Shown: in pieces, positions 27,761 through 42,164 of the stretch
Layout: every line of letters starts with the position of its first letter
Numbering within the stretch: position 1 is the stretch's first letter
DNA from: Eledone cirrhosa
Lineage: Eukaryota
Direction: 5' to 3'
Length of the DNA stretch: 64,000 nucleotides
Assembly (NCBI GenBank): GCA_964016885.1
Contig: OZ024741.1
Span: forward strand, 60,326,001-60,390,000
Program-made: the position numbers and the translations under genes
Notes under the pieces: generated by a model
Databases searched by the model: none
What the model saw: only the letters and a program-made list of their open reading frames with translations
Told to the model about the DNA's origin: nothing

Positions 27761-28464
27761 CACGAGGGTATTCTGCAGGTTCCGTCCAACAAATTCCCTT
27801 CACTACCCATTGGTCAACGCAAGGCTACATTTGCGGACACTTGCCCAAAGTTTTTTTACTGCGGGTAACCAATTAGGGAAGGTAGTCTGAGTAAGACATA
27901 TTTGTAGTTGGTGGTGACAGTGTCACTGTTGACATCTCCACATTACAATGACTACCAACGTTATTTTCCAAATTCAAGAAAGCTTCTAGATATAAGTTTG
28001 AAAGCAGAGGCAATGAAGCAAAGTTCCAGCTAGATCAGGTCAAACACTATCTCCATGCAGCTTAATTGATCTAGGTGTGACACGGTCGCCGTAGAGTGTA
28101 ATAAATTAAGGCTCGAAACACTTGCGTGAGGAAGGTTCTTCTCTGGAGACCTTCTTCTATCAAGCTCACTTGAGAGTTTCTTACCACTATTTCGTTCATA
28201 TCTGTTTCGTGTTTGTGTATATATGCCACATTTTTTATATAACTCCATGTGTATATGTGTGTGTATCAACCTCTCATTAAATTTTGAGTTCTTTATTTGA
28301 TTTATGGAAACACTATTAAAAGTAATTCATGTGAAACCTACAATTTTTTTCCATATACATTTCCGTTAGTTTTTGGTTGTCTCCAAAAAATAATTGAAAG
28401 TTAATACAGTGAATTCTCACATTTACCTCGACTTACCAGCTTTACCTCGATTTACCAGCTACAC

Positions 28465-29290
28465 AGGGAGAATGAAAGTGAAGAGCAGCGACATGAAAGT
28501 CTACAAAATAAAGAAAAGCAACAGAAATATAGGCAAAATGAATCAAAATGTGTTGCTGAGAGTAGGGCAAGGATAGCAAGCTTTCGTCAAGAGGAATTAG
28601 ATGTATCAAACTACAGCACAAAGCAGACTGGATGAATCATATTCTCAAAGATCATCAAGGCCTCAAGACTAAGAAAAAGTGCCAGAATAGACAGGATGCA
28701 TCAAAGGGGCAAACATCAAAAGGTCTTGCTGGAGATAGAGTAGCTATTCGTCAAGAGGAATCAGATGTACGAAAATCATTAATACAGCAAATAGAGAGAA
28801 ATGGAGCAACTCAAAAGCGGCACGAAGAAACTGAAGCTCAAACAACTCAAAGTATATGTGAACAGAGAGCAAGAACAAGATTTACGATTTAAAAAGGTTG
28901 CCGAGTGGAACTTTGCTGTTTTTATTTACAATCCACATAAAGACTATACCTCAGAACCATTAATTCGAATGACATCATTTGGTGTAAATGCCATCCAAGA
29001 AGATGGTTTTATAGTTACTTTCTAGATCAAAGGGCAACTGTACCACAGAATTGGACGACTTCAGAAGAAGAACCAAAATATGTATAGCTGTATTTCATCA
29101 TTGATATGAAAACCCAAGCGCAGACAAGATATGAAAGGAATAAAGAAATTAAATATGAAATCATATTGCAACTAAAAGATAAGTTGCGTAAAAGAAACAG
29201 CTATATTAGAAGTCTCAAATATAACCTAGAAAAGGTTTTGAATAAAATGTCCTTATTTTCTTTAACCCGGGAAATGCCGGGTACTTCTGC

Positions 29291-29293
<3 letters not shown>
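28465..29293 (+). mobile_element. Internally deleted Helitron remnant
   Basis: ENESEEQR-type N-terminal repeats; MTSFG..GF..TF.IKGQLYHRIG..EEPKY..LYFI (Helitron N-terminal region); 3' hairpin acccgg/ccgggt (29265-29282) then CTAT. Confidence 0.75.
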
Positions 29294-29335
<42 letters not shown>

Positions 29336-29341
<6 letters not shown>

Positions 29342-29402
29342 TGAGATTCTACAGGACTAGAACTGTTTCATTCTTTAGAAATCATCAGGAATCTCATCTA
29401 TA
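29336..29402 (-). ncRNA. Complete hammerhead closed by a 14-bp stem
   Basis: tatagatgagattc-CTGATGA-tttct aa agaat-GAAAC-ag ttctagtc ct-GTA-gaatctcatctata. Confidence 0.75.
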
Positions 29403-29476
29403 TTAAAATTGTATACTCTGCAATGTATTGAGTACCTTACTTACTGTGGTTACCTCCGATTCAACCCGGAATAACG

Positions 29477-29549
<73 letters not shown>

Positions 29550-30330
29550 CCAGTTATGTGTAAAAAGCATCGCCATATCTCAAGTCTGGTGCACATAAAT
29601 ATTCCATCTATATTAAAAATCGTCTTGGCATAAAAAAATATGATGGCATCTCCATTGATATAGTGTTAAGTTCATTACAGCAATAATATTGTAGAAATGG
29701 TATGAATGTCATACCATATATATTGCTCTATTTTAAAATATTATGACACGATGTTTAGTGAATATGAAACCAGAATTCCACCTGTTTTTAATACGTAAAT
29801 TATTTATAGCAGTGACATCAGTTGTAGCGACGAAACAATTCTAAGAATTATATTTCTCGAGTAGGTGGTGAACTGGCAGTTTTGTTAGGGTGTCAGGTGT
29901 AATTGGTATTCAAATCGAGCTCTTCAGTTCAAATCTCGCTAAAGCGAACTTTCATATTTTTGGGGTCGATATATAAAGCTAGTACTCATGTCATTTCTTT
30001 TCTCTTTCTTTCTCTCTATCTCTCATATCTAGAAGAAATAGACTGTGTTCAAACCTAGAGAGGGATGGGTGACACCAGGTTTAAAATACCGACGACACTC
30101 TATCACATATGGCATCACGTATTACGTTTCCATTTAGAGTTCTTGGATCAGGATTCAGTAATATTTCTCTAAACAATTGTTGACTAATTACAAATCATAT
30201 ACATTTCATATCACCAATGTGTCGTTAGATCTCACTTCAAATACCCTGATTAATATTAATACTTTTGAATATCCTCGAGCGATCCTTATTTTCTGTTTGT
30301 TAGGTCTACTAACAAGATGTTTTATTTCAT

Positions 30331-30510
30331 AATTGTTTCTACGTTAGGCACAAGGCCAGCAATTATCCAGTGTATTACTGGTACTTTATTTTATCGACCC
30401 CGTAAGGATGAAAGGCAAAGTTAACCTCGGCGGGATTTGAACTCAGAATGGCAAGAGCCGTAACTCTATGCGCCAAAGCATGGCATCCGACACTCTACCA
30501 ATACTGCCAA
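30331..30510 (-). mobile_element. SINE family A copy
   Basis: Reverse complement of the 162-358 type. Confidence 0.85.
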
Positions 30511-30516
30511 ATAACG

Positions 30517-30725
30517 TGGCAGTAGATTGTCAGAAATGTTAAAGTGTCGGACACAATTCCTGCTGGTATTTAAGTCTCTTTACGTTTGAGTTCAAATTCC
30601 ATTGAAACCAAAGTTGTCTTTCATTCTTCCTGTTTCGATAAAATGAAATACCAGTCAAGCACTGGAGTCAATTTGATTAACTAACCCCTCTCTCCGAATT
30701 TACGAGGTTATGGCTATATTAGAGT
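30517..30725 (+). mobile_element. Diverged SINE family A copy, head-to-head with the previous one
   Basis: gagttcaaattcc B-box; ctttcattcttcctgtttcgataaaatgaaataccag core. Confidence 0.65.
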
Positions 30726-31271
30726 TTCTTATTATACAGTCGAAGAAGGTAGCTGTGGTTCATTTTTTTTTCTTTTATGCTTCGGAGGTCGATGAAATAA
30801 GAATCCATATATATAATCAGCTCTATCCATTGTATTATATATTTGATGTGCTCCTCTGTATTCTATTTTGCTATCATCAATTTCATTAAACGATTTCCAC
30901 ACTTACCTCTCAATAATCACACGGAAGCAATCATGTCCTATAGAATATACACCATGTTATACATCACACATTAAGATATCCACAGATATATATATCAACT
31001 GCTTCAGGGCTGTTTCTTAATTGCTTGTAAAAAAAACATTGCTATTTAATTCTTAAAGTGAGACAATAGGAGGCACATTATACTGTTAGCAACTCTATCA
31101 ATTTAATCCTTAAATGATTGACTAGGAGTATACTAAAGCTCCGGCGATGAATTGTCGGAGTTGTTACAAAGTCGGATAGAATGCGTTTTAGTATTTATCA
31201 GACGCTCTGCGCTCTAAGCCAAAACCAGCCGAAGTCGATAAAAATGTACCAGTCCAGGTCGATTCTTCCTT

Positions 31272-31371
<100 letters not shown>

Positions 31372-31619
31372 TGTTTTTGACATGGAGAGTGGATGTGCTC
31401 CACTAGGGTTAAAGTGCCCAAGACAGTAAAGTGTCTGTATGGCTGATTGCATCAGCAGATACGTATCCATACATGCATACTCCAACTCATATATGCATAC
31501 TCAAATTAATATATGGTCTCTCCTTAGTCTACTTATTTATGGGTATAAACTAGTCTATGGAACTTAATGGTAACGATGGACCCTATAAATACTATTAATT
31601 TGAAGTATGTTGTTAAACT

Positions 31620-31920
31620 GGGTAACGTGGCTTACTGATTAGGGTGTTTGGTTTCAAGATCGTATGGTCATGAGTGTAAAGCACGATAACGTATTGTTTC
31701 CTTGACCAAGAGACTTATTTTGTGTTGCCCCAGTCCTCTCTGTTGAGAAAATCAGTTATACTTGTAATTCGAATTTTGTCACCGCTGTTACATATTCAAT
31801 CTCCCAGAGAGTGTACGCATCTGTGGAATAATCAGCTACTCGCACGTTAATTTCACCAGCAGGCTGTTCCGCGGACTGAAACATTAAACCATTCGTCGTT
31901 GGAAACGACGGAGATCCAAC
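31620..31920 (+). mobile_element. Diverged SINE family B copy
   Basis: gtggcttactgattagg head, ttgtttccttgaccaagac core, tail shared with 62173-62442. Confidence 0.6.
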
Positions 31921-33699
31921 AGTTATCATATGCTTTTTAGTATTTCACTTCTGGTCTATATAACAAAAGCTCACGTTTAGATAGTGAAATACTTCTGATT
32001 AAACCAAACTTAATCTAATCGTTGTAGGTGTATGAAGTAAAATTTAATTGACTTATAGTGGAAACTTTCCAAACACTTGATGAATACTTAACAAAATTCT
32101 TTAGATTTTATTCTGGCTCAAACTTCATAATTTTATGAGACATGTCGTGGTGATGACTTTCACATAAGCGTTCATAACATAACGCTATTGAAATGTGTTC
32201 GACACAGACTAGAAATATCACAGGAAGATTCAGCTAGACAGATAAACACGTCTTGCCTTTAGGTGATATCTATATGAAGAAAATAACAAGTAAATCCTTA
32301 TATAACATACTGAATAGCTAGGTGATATTTCATAATTATATTATTGTTACTAGGCAAAACATTAGCAGAGTCATTAGAACTTCACACTAAATGCCTCGGT
32401 ATATATTCTGATTATCTACATTTTGAGTTCAACTTTGCTTCTCATTAGTTTGAGGAGGATAAAGTAAAGTACAGCTCCCGGGACAGGATGCTTAGTGTTA
32501 TTTGATACGACTCTGTTCTAAGTTCAAATTACCCTTTCTTCTGTCAGACCATCAGCTGCTACAAAGAATTGAAATCTATACCCCTCAAATTCCGGCTGAA
32601 TACTCTATACCATTTCTCATTTGCATGACTGTGATATTACAATCCTAACCAAAATTACATGTTATCATTAAGTTGAATCACATGCATTCGAATAGGCCAC
32701 TATCGGTTTGGTTGACAATTGTTCCAGTTGTTCAATCAACAGAATAGTTTCTTCATAAAATTAACGAGTAAGTGAATGAGCATTCCACAGACACGTCAAT
32801 GCTATCTATTTGAATTATAGGTACAATCAATTCGACAGGCTTCCAAAAAGTTTCCGTATACTGAGTTTTTTCAAAAAGCTTATGCAGACCTAAGACTATG
32901 ATCAAATATACTTTACCAAAATGCCACACAGTGGGATTGGATCCTGGAAACATTAACAAGTTTGCAAAGCAAACTTCTAACCATTCGGCCAAGCTGCCTC
33001 TAAACATACGTTAGAGAATGTTGTCTACATTTGGTAATGGCTGCCACAATATCAAAGTAAATAACATGTTCTTTCTCTCTAGGATTATATACAACAGATG
33101 TAAGGATTGTAAAATTGATAGGAATTATTTTCCATGTTTATTGAGGTGTTTCAACATCTTTTAATCCGATTTGCTTATTATTGTTTGTTAAGAAAGAAAG
33201 CTAAAAAATGCATAAATATATTTATGAACTGTTGTGCATAATGCTATGGGGAGCTTATTTAATATTTATGACTAATATATATTTTGTTATTGTTGAAAAT
33301 GAAACAGTGAATGTTTTTACTATAGATTAAAAGATTACGGAGTGACAAATGTTAGCAGATGGGAAACTATTTACAATTTTACGTGTGAAACAAAGATAAT
33401 CAGATTTACGTTTTTCAAGCTGGCAAGAGATTCTCATTTATAGACTGCGATGCATTTTATATCTGTGTAGAATATGTATTGAGTGGCAGTCATGTTTGGT
33501 GTTCATTGACATTCATACTACAAAGAAGCTTCACAATATAGGCTCTTGCGGTTCTTCTTGTCCATTTTGATTTTAATTTAATATTTCACGGTTACTTAAT
33601 AAGTGCATGTGAATCAGTAGCCTTCATTCATCTTGCATATTTATATATGAGCCGATGTTAGAGTAACTCTCAGTGTACCTTCTTATCTAGAATTGTTTC

Positions 33700-34260
33700 T
33701 ACATTATATAATCACTCATCTGAGATGCCACCTGCTGTGACACTTTCATTATTGCCAACATCACAGGATCGGCCACAAACTCGCTTGCCTTTTTCTGCAA
33801 CGAAGCAGAGATGAGGATGGCTAAATGCTGGGCATACACTGGTCGCTTCCTTTTGTATCGATTGTCACTGAGATAGCCAGTGTCCTTTTTCCTTTCTCTG
33901 CCGTTTTCAGCCACCAAATCGTGACTGGAGCATCACACCTCAGAAGGATCCTCGTGAGATTAAATATCTGATGCAGCGGATATCGCTCAGCTGTTCTCTG
34001 GAGGAATGCTTTTGTCATGTTGTTCAATGTACAATGCAGCTGTGCAGTACCGCCCATCTAAGGTTCGTTGTAGGTTTTTTTCCTCTCCATTACTCTCTTT
34101 TATTTTTTGCTTTTTTTCTTTATTTGTGTCATTATGATATTGTCAAAAATATATTGAGATTACGATTTTAATTTTTCGTTGTATTAAGGCAATGTTAGCT
34201 GTTTACCAAGGTTTCTTGTGGTTTTCGTAATATTTAGGTATCTCAATAAAAGAGAATAAA
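33700..34260 (+). mobile_element. 3' fragment of a CRE-like (restriction-like endonuclease) non-LTR retrotransposon
   Basis: Degenerate I(W)DATCCDT..AE.R.AK..KDPREIKYLMQRIS..GNA motif series; aataaa at ~34246. Confidence 0.6.
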
Positions 34261-34329
34261 AGAATTGCCCTTAAAAACTGATTGATTCATAGGAACACCG
34301 ACATGGCTCACATGACATGAAGATTTTAA

Positions 34330-35660
34330 GCCTGACGGAACCCATCCCTTCGCAGGCTTCTGGCAGGCTGAGGTCACATAAGCAATTTAAAAGGGCAATT
34401 CTAGCAAAACCACTGATGAGGATGAAATGAAATTCGATCCGAGATGTTAAAAGCTTTAAATAGAGAAGGTATTCTCTGGCTGACTTTTGTGTTCCGGGTG
34501 GTCTAAATCTCTAGATAATCCCAATTTTTAAATAGGGCGATAGAGATTGCTCCAATTATAGAGGGATCTCCTTCTGAAGTCTCCGTATCTGGAAAACAGG
34601 TGTAGGGAGATTGTCAAGATCAAGCTAACTGACGAACAGTGTTGTTTCACCCCGGATGCTGCACAGCCGACAAAATATTCACATTGCAGCAAGTCTTTGA
34701 GAAAACGTGTGAGTATTGTGAAGAGGTGTATGCTTGATACGGAGATATCGAAAAGTCATATGACCTAATGTCATGGAATTTGTTGTGGAAGGTTCTGCAG
34801 TAGTGTGGGCTCGATAGACAGCTCCTTGTTTCCCTGCTGTCTCTATACGAATGTCCTAGTAGTTGTGTTCGGATAAATGGTGCTAAGTCGAAACAAATTC
34901 AATATGAGTGTCGGAACCCGCCAAGAATGCATACTATCACCTCTTCTGTTCATAATCTTCATGGAAACGATTGACATGTGCAGTAGGGATGTAAGTGATA
35001 TCAAAACAAGCGAGTGTAGGATCAGTTTGCTGGAAATTGTAGTTGTTCCCCGATATGCACATATACATATGCACATATACACGGTTTGATGCCGTGTGCT
35101 ACACAGCTGGAATGGTAAATGTCACGATGTCTCGGACACTCCTCTCAATGAAGCCTGCGCAGTGCACACTATATGTGAGTGGAGTTTCACTGAGGCATTT
35201 GAAATGTTCAAGTATCTCGGAGCAGTGATCACGAGTGATACAATAATGCGCTAACTTGAGCATTCGTTAATCAGGAGGAGGGAGAAAGGTTTGAAAGCAA
35301 AATTAGTCCTCTTCAAATTAGTATTCGTGCCAAACCATAGTTATGATCATAAATCTTGTGTAATGCCGAAACAATATCATCTTGATATACAGATGGCCGA
35401 GATTTGCTTCACGTAGAGCGGCTACCTTTTCGAATTCAGAGATTACAACTCCGATATTACCGACATGCAATTCGAATATCACAGGAAAGAATTGCTGCAC
35501 ATACTTTACAGACAAATCCAATCGACAGGAAAACCAGGCGTAGCTCCAGAGCAAGATGATGACACAACATGCATGAGCTCAGCTGGTCTCCCTTGCGGAT
35601 CCAGCCGAATCTGTTACAGATGGTTATTTCTGTCAGGATCCACTGAAAAGCGTGCTTGAG
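34330..35660 (+). mobile_element. Decayed RTE-clade LINE (RT region)
   Basis: DEIRSEMLKAL, YRGISLL, DIEKSYD, VGTRQECILSPLLFIIFM. Confidence 0.75.
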
Positions 35661-35709
35661 GACTCCGTCTCTCTCATATATATATTTTAGTCTTCAATTT
35701 TATTATTAT

Positions 35710-35770
<61 letters not shown>

Positions 35771-35774
<4 letters not shown>

Positions 35775-38700
35775 GGAATTCCAACTTTGTCTGATTTACT
35801 CGTTTTATTTACAATCCTTTAAAATTTATAATGGTATTATAATGAAATAGTATGGTAGAATATTAAATGTTAAGTGTTAATTAAACACGTACTTTCATGC
35901 TTTCGCAATCTTCAGGTTCACATTCTGTGGTGACAGTCAAGTTTGCAATTTTCAACTGTAATGAGATGGGTAAATGTTGTGCCTTATATACAATGAAAAG
36001 CGGCTACAGAATGCTAACTTCTGCAAACTGTATTTCGACCAATCGGTGTGTAGTTTCACTGGATTACTAAAGCTGATTGGTTTAGGCGTCACGGTTGGTT
36101 GAGCATGTCTAACGACTACTATTTGACCCTATCCAAAGCATCAATTGTTTTGCTATTTTTAGAAATGATGAAAATAGCATTTTCTAGTAATCATCACCAT
36201 CAACATCACTTTTATTATTATTATAGTTGTTGTTGTTGTTAGTGGTAGTAGTCGACATGGTCGTAGTCACAGTCACAGTTATAGTAGGAGTAACACCCCA
36301 TTATTATTGTTCATTTAGCTTGGGTTGGAATTTATCAATAACATCCGTTTTTTTTATTTTTCTCTTGATTTCATTTGGGCTGAGTAATTTGTAGAATGGG
36401 AATATTATAAATATTCCCTGACCACATGTTGCTAGATGGTTACTCAGGGGTATCTGACGGACAATTGGGTCTCTGATTTGCTGTTGATGCACTCGTGCAC
36501 GTTCCGATAGTGCATTTCCAGTTTGACCGACATATATTTCTTCACAATTCGGGCATTTAATGCAGTAAATTAGATTTCTGCTTTTGCAGTTCATATTTGC
36601 ATTTGGGAATATTTTTCCAGTTTTTGTGTTCATATATTGACCGTTGTGTACGGTTTGAAATGTGCCACATCGACTACCATTGCATTTAGATACAGTGAAT
36701 GATTGGGCTTTGTTGTTAAGGTCAAACTTTGCTTTTGTTAGTAATTGCTTCAAATTTTTCGGCTGTCTTTTACTAAGAGTCAAAGATCGGTCTGTGATTA
36801 AGCCTTTTAATTCATTACTTTGAGCAATGATCGGTAGGTTTGCTTTGGCAGTGTTGAAGATATTCTGGTGACATAGTTTGTGTGTCATTATAAATGGTAT
36901 GACCAGTTCTTGGTTTCTTCTTCCTTGGGTTGTCCTAAGTTGTTGTATAGGTATTTTTATAGCCCGCTGTATGCCATTTTCTATAAGTAGAGATGGGTAT
37001 TTTTGTTTGAGCAAAAATTATCTCAGTTCTGTTATGCGTTTGTACCCGGTATTCCTATCTTCTACAATGGTACAAATCTTTCCATTGAAGAAGAAAGTGT
37101 TGTTTTCCAGAATAAGTTTGACTGCGTCTAATATAAATGGCGCTGTGAATCTGATGGAAATCACTTCTCTGTGTTTTTCCACCCAGTATTTAAGCGCCTT
37201 TATTCCTAAATCATGTATAATGTTGGTGTAAAGGCTTACCACATCAAAACTAAGTAGAAGTGAATTCGTTTCTGTGATTTTGGGAAGATGGGACAGGAAG
37301 TCGATATCATCCCGGATGAAACTGGGTATGTGAATACATAGTGGTTTCAAAATAATGTCAACAAAATTGCTTAGACGGTGGGTAGGGCATGTTGGACCAG
37401 CTATAGTAGGTCTAAGTTTTAAGTCTTTTGGGTATAGTAATTTAATGTACTCACTGTTTTGTTCTTTTACTTCCAGTTGTATTTTTTTTTACTTATGAAC
37501 TTTCGGTAGGCCATACAGGTTGCTGGGTTTTGGCTCAAAATTGGTGATGTAGTCTCTTTCCTTATCAGTAAGTGAGTTGTCGTATTTTGAAGCCAGGTTG
37601 TTGATCTTCTTCATGATGTTGTGGTCTATATTTGACGGTATTTCATCATAGATTGTTGTGTTTTTCAGTTGCTCCTCAACCAAATCTTTGTAGTATTCAG
37701 CATCCATTATAACACCTGCACCCCTTTTATCTGCTTGTTTAATTATTATTGTTTTATCATTTTGTATACGTTTAAGTGCAGGCATTTCTGATTTGTTAAT
37801 GTTTGGTCTAACATTAGTATTACGTCTAAGAGGAAATTTAGACAGGATGTCAATGTATTGGTCGAGATAGATATTTCTTCCTTTTAGTGGAGTGAAATTT
37901 GATTTATTCTTTACTAGTGATTCATCACTCTCATTATTTTATCAGCGAAGAATTCTACAAGACGTAATTTTCGAGAGAATTCTTGGGTATCCTCCTTCAG
38001 TTCTTGGTGGTTGACTGTTGGAGTCGGTGTGAATTTCAGTCCTTTTGACTGAATTTGCATTTCATCATTGTCAAGATCTCTTTTGGATAAATTAATTATT
38101 TTAGGATCTACGTGTACAGTTGTTTTGGGTATGTTTCCTTCTGGGGTTTTTCTTTTTCCGGTTTTTGTTGTCCTGACGTTAAAAAATAGATTTTTTCTCT
38201 GTTCAGGATTTATATTCCTGTTGGTGTTTGCTTGATGAACTTTTGGTCGTGATATTATATTTGGTTGCGTTATGTTTTTTGTCCTATTTTTGGTATTATG
38301 TATATTATTTTTCCATTTCTTGTTAGCATTATTTTTAACAATCTGGGGAAATAACCTAGTTTGCTTTCAGGTTTAGATCGTTTTTTCGCCTAGTTTCTTG
38401 TGGGTAATCTCTGTTGAGATCTTGAGAGTGATCTGATTATTCTACGGTTTTTCCCCGTTCCTTGTGGGTAGTCTCTGTTGAGATCTTGAGAATGATCTCC
38501 AGGTTTTTCTAATTCTCATGGTCTGGTCAAAGGAATATCTATTGTGTTTGTGCTTTTTGTTCATGTTGTGTGCGTTAGGGTGTTTTTGTAGAAAAAGCGA
38601 AGAGTTCTTACCGTAGTCCTTCTTTGATTCAAGGTAAGATGAGTGTTTGTGTTGCCATGTGTTCTGGCGTATTTTGTGTTGGTGAGATTGTCAACTTTTA

Positions 38701-39025
38701 ATGATTTTTCTCAGAATTCCAGAGGTTTTACCGTAATTTGCAGCATATTCGTCGAGAAATAATTGTTTCTGCTGCCATAACTTTCTTGATTTGCTTGCTC
38801 CTTTTGAGATATCTGTGATCCATAGTTCTCGTAGTTTTTCAGCTATAATACCAGTCGTTAGCTTTGAAATTTCGACTTCAATTTGGTCATCAATAGCTTC
38901 ATATTTGGCTTTGTAGCGGGATTGTTTACATTGAGAAATTGTGATGTCGGTCCTTAATTTTGGAAATGTAAGTTCCCATCGGAATTTTGTTTCTTCTTCT
39001 GGTTCTCCTGCAATTTCTTTAATTA
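35771..39025 (-). mobile_element. Penelope-like retroelement C (Neptune-like Cys linker + GIY-YIG), RT internally deleted
   Basis: IIIKQADK, NLYGLPKVHK, SFDVVSLYTNI, ILENNTFFFNGK, CNGSRCGT, NLIYCIKCPNCEEIYVGQT; HHR at 35882-35920; (TA)n at the 3' end. Confidence 0.9.
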
Positions 39026-39389
39026 GGTATTTATATATATATACATACATACATATGTATACATACACACATATACGTACATGTATACATACATGCGGGT
39101 ATACATACATATACCTACATGTATACATACATACATACATATGTGTGTTTGTGTATACTGGTATGTGTGTGTGTGTGTGTAAATATATGTATATTACATC
39201 TTTTAACTATTCAACCTATATATTATGTTTCTGTGAAAACCTACGGCTGATGCAGCTATTAAATTTTTTGTTCTTTTTTGGGGAGAGAGAAGGACACTAA
39301 AAAAAAACCTGGGCTTTATGTAGCTGTGGATCACCTTGCACCTGCTTGTCATTGGATTTGGATTTATTAGTGGGCTGCATATGTGTAGC

Positions 39390-42040
39390 AGAAGCACATG
39401 CTGCTTTGAACTGTTTGTGTAGATATCTCTTCAAAGTCGTCTGGCGAGGGGATGCAGTGATGTATACAGACCTAAGGAACGGAAGATAGGCAGCTGTTAA
39501 TATCCACACACATGGCTTATAGTTTATATAACGTCGTTGGCAGTTTTCGGAATAGACACTGGGTTGGGTGGAGTCTTCTGTGGCTGAAGAGCCCTTTGAA
39601 TGGAGAACATGGCTCACCCAAATCATGAGAGAGGTCTAGAAAAGGTACCTCACACATTGTCTGTTCCGCCATCAAGCTGGTTAACTACCTGCAGCTGATG
39701 GATGTTCATACTGACAGTAACAACAAGAAGAGTATTAACTTTCAGAAGAATTTTCATAAGATTAGGATTACATAGGATGTTGACTCGAGGAAGTTTACAA
39801 GATTTCTTGACTGGGAATCATCCACAATTCCCGTATGAAGAACTGCTATTTTTTAATTGCATTGAGGGGTATAATATTGATAAATGTCCATTCTCTGAAA
39901 TCTGTCTTAGTGAGAGGTCATCTATCAGTCTGCTGCAAAGGGAAACCAAATGGGAAGAGAAGGAATGAAAGTCTAGATTTTATTGTCCGAACAGTGTTCA
40001 CAAAGCAACTGGATCAACCACAATGCATTAATGCTCGAATGATACATCTAAGATTTCCTATTTCAAGTAGACGATTCATGACTGTCATTTCAGTGTATAC
40101 TCTAAGTCTGGAATCAATCATGGCCTTTTGCCAAGATTTACGAGGGTGTGTAACATCGATTCCACATTCGGATAAGATCTTGCATCTTGTGGATGTGAAT
40201 GCACGTGTCGGAATGTACGACCACATCTAGAGTGGTTTTTAGGACGTCACGGCATGGGCAATGTGAATGCTAATGATATTTTACTTTTGCAATTATGCAC
40301 TGAGGTTGAGCTGATCGTTAGCAAAAAGGGATCTACAAGGCAACATGAACACACCCGAGATACAAACATGGACACATCTTGGAATATATCATCACCAGAA
40401 AAAGAGACCTCCAGAATATCTGCTCTGTAAGAGTAATATGTGGTGTAGAGTATGGTACAAACCACAAACTTGTGCGTGGCAAGATGAAGGTCCAGATTCA
40501 ATGAAAATTAAGGGCAGCAGGGATACAAGTGCCAAAACGTACAGATGTGTCCAAATTTCAATGTTTAAAAATGCGAGAAGCTCTTCAAAATGCGCTTGGC
40601 AACGTCGTCGTTGATGTATCTTAGGAACAATTTAAAACAGAGGTTTACTGTGCTGAGATTGATGAACTCGGTCTTAAGAAGACAACACACTGAGACTGGT
40701 TTGATGATAATGATACTTCAATCATCATGCTCATTGAAAAGAAGAACAAGCTGTATGAGTAGTACCTTGTTCCAGAGAGTCCGGTGATGAGCACTTTTGA
40801 GAAGGCCTTCAAAGAACCAGCGTGAAAACTGAAATGTAAAACTCGAAAGATGAAGAATATGTAGTCTGACGTTCCAGCAGAGATGCAAAGGGCTTACAAC
40901 TGAAGGCATTATACATAAAAATAAGGCAAGTATTAGGCCTGCAGCCCTCAAAAATTGCACCATTGAAATCAAAAGATGGGAACGTCCTCATCAAAAATCC
41001 GGCAGGAATCATGAGTCGGTGGACTGAACACTTTAAATATCTGTTTGATAATCGATCTGTTGTTTATGAGGAAGATATTAATGGATATTGAATCCGATAT
41101 AATAAATGATACCACCATTAATGATATAAGTTCTACTATCAAAGAGGTAAAGCTCCAGGTTTTGATGGAATATCTATTGAGCGAATCCACTTTTGGGGAA
41201 GACAATATTTCTATGGTCATTCATGTGTTAGTTATATGTGGAAGGCATAAAAGGCCTGTTCCGCAAGACTGGGTGGATGCAATTTGGCTCATGATTTACA
41301 AGGTCAAGGGATCCAAGTGTAAAGGCGATGTTTATCATAGTATAAGTCTGCTGGAATCAGTAGGAAATTTCTCATATAATGTTTTCCTGAAGCGTCTAAT
41401 AAAATGAATCTGAATTATTTAATTTAAAACACTTTACCTCCAAGTCCAAGACATTGGGCACTCTTGTCAGAGATTTCCTCTATACTGACGATGCACCTGT
41501 TGTGGCACACACTGTAGAGGACAGGCATTTGGTATTGGAAACCTTCCCCAATGCATGCATTGTGTGCTAAATATAAGTAGTAGAGATGTGATGTGTTTTA
41601 GGAAAAGAGAATGGTGTATGTTGTTTTGAAGCGGTCACTCCGTAAGCGAGACACAAGTGCAGTGCCTGCAAACATCCAGTAGGAATTGTGATGTCATGTA
41701 CGTGACCAATTTCTTCTAACAAGATCTGGATTTAATGAGGGAGAAGTCGAGCCATTTCTGAGATGGTTTTACTGCTACGCAAGTCAGCTAGTAGACTGAC
41801 CAGATATGGTAGAATGCATGAAGACATACTCTAGCTAGTATTGCCAAGAAACAAACAGTTCAAGTTTCACATCTGTGAACAATCCTGCAAAATATAAGCT
41901 GGTTTGAAAAGTCCCCTGCGTTCACATGATCGTGCAATGTTCAATGAAGGGATGGTGTTGATATAAATATTTTCAAGCTACAACTCGACATTCTTCTAAG
42001 ATTCGAGATCAGAACACAATATACCAAGCAGCACAAATAG
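39390..42040 (+). mobile_element. Decayed RTE-clade LINE (APE + partial RT)
   Basis: MTVISVY, VDVNARVG, QDWVDA, YHSISLLESVG, DFLYTDDA; many stops and frameshifts. Confidence 0.8.
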
Positions 42041-42164
42041 CAACAGCCGTATCAACCTCCTTCATGTATCAATGGGCAAACATGGAAAGTCTAATATTTA
42101 AGATGTCTCATCCCATTGGCGGGAACTGTTAAAAGATAAAATACATAAATAAGTAAATACATAC

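Noticed and set aside
34410-34450. CTGATGA-ggat...atcc-GAGA, hammerhead-like
   Set aside because: No GAAA or stem I; it is RTE coding sequence (DEDE..IRSEMLKAL).
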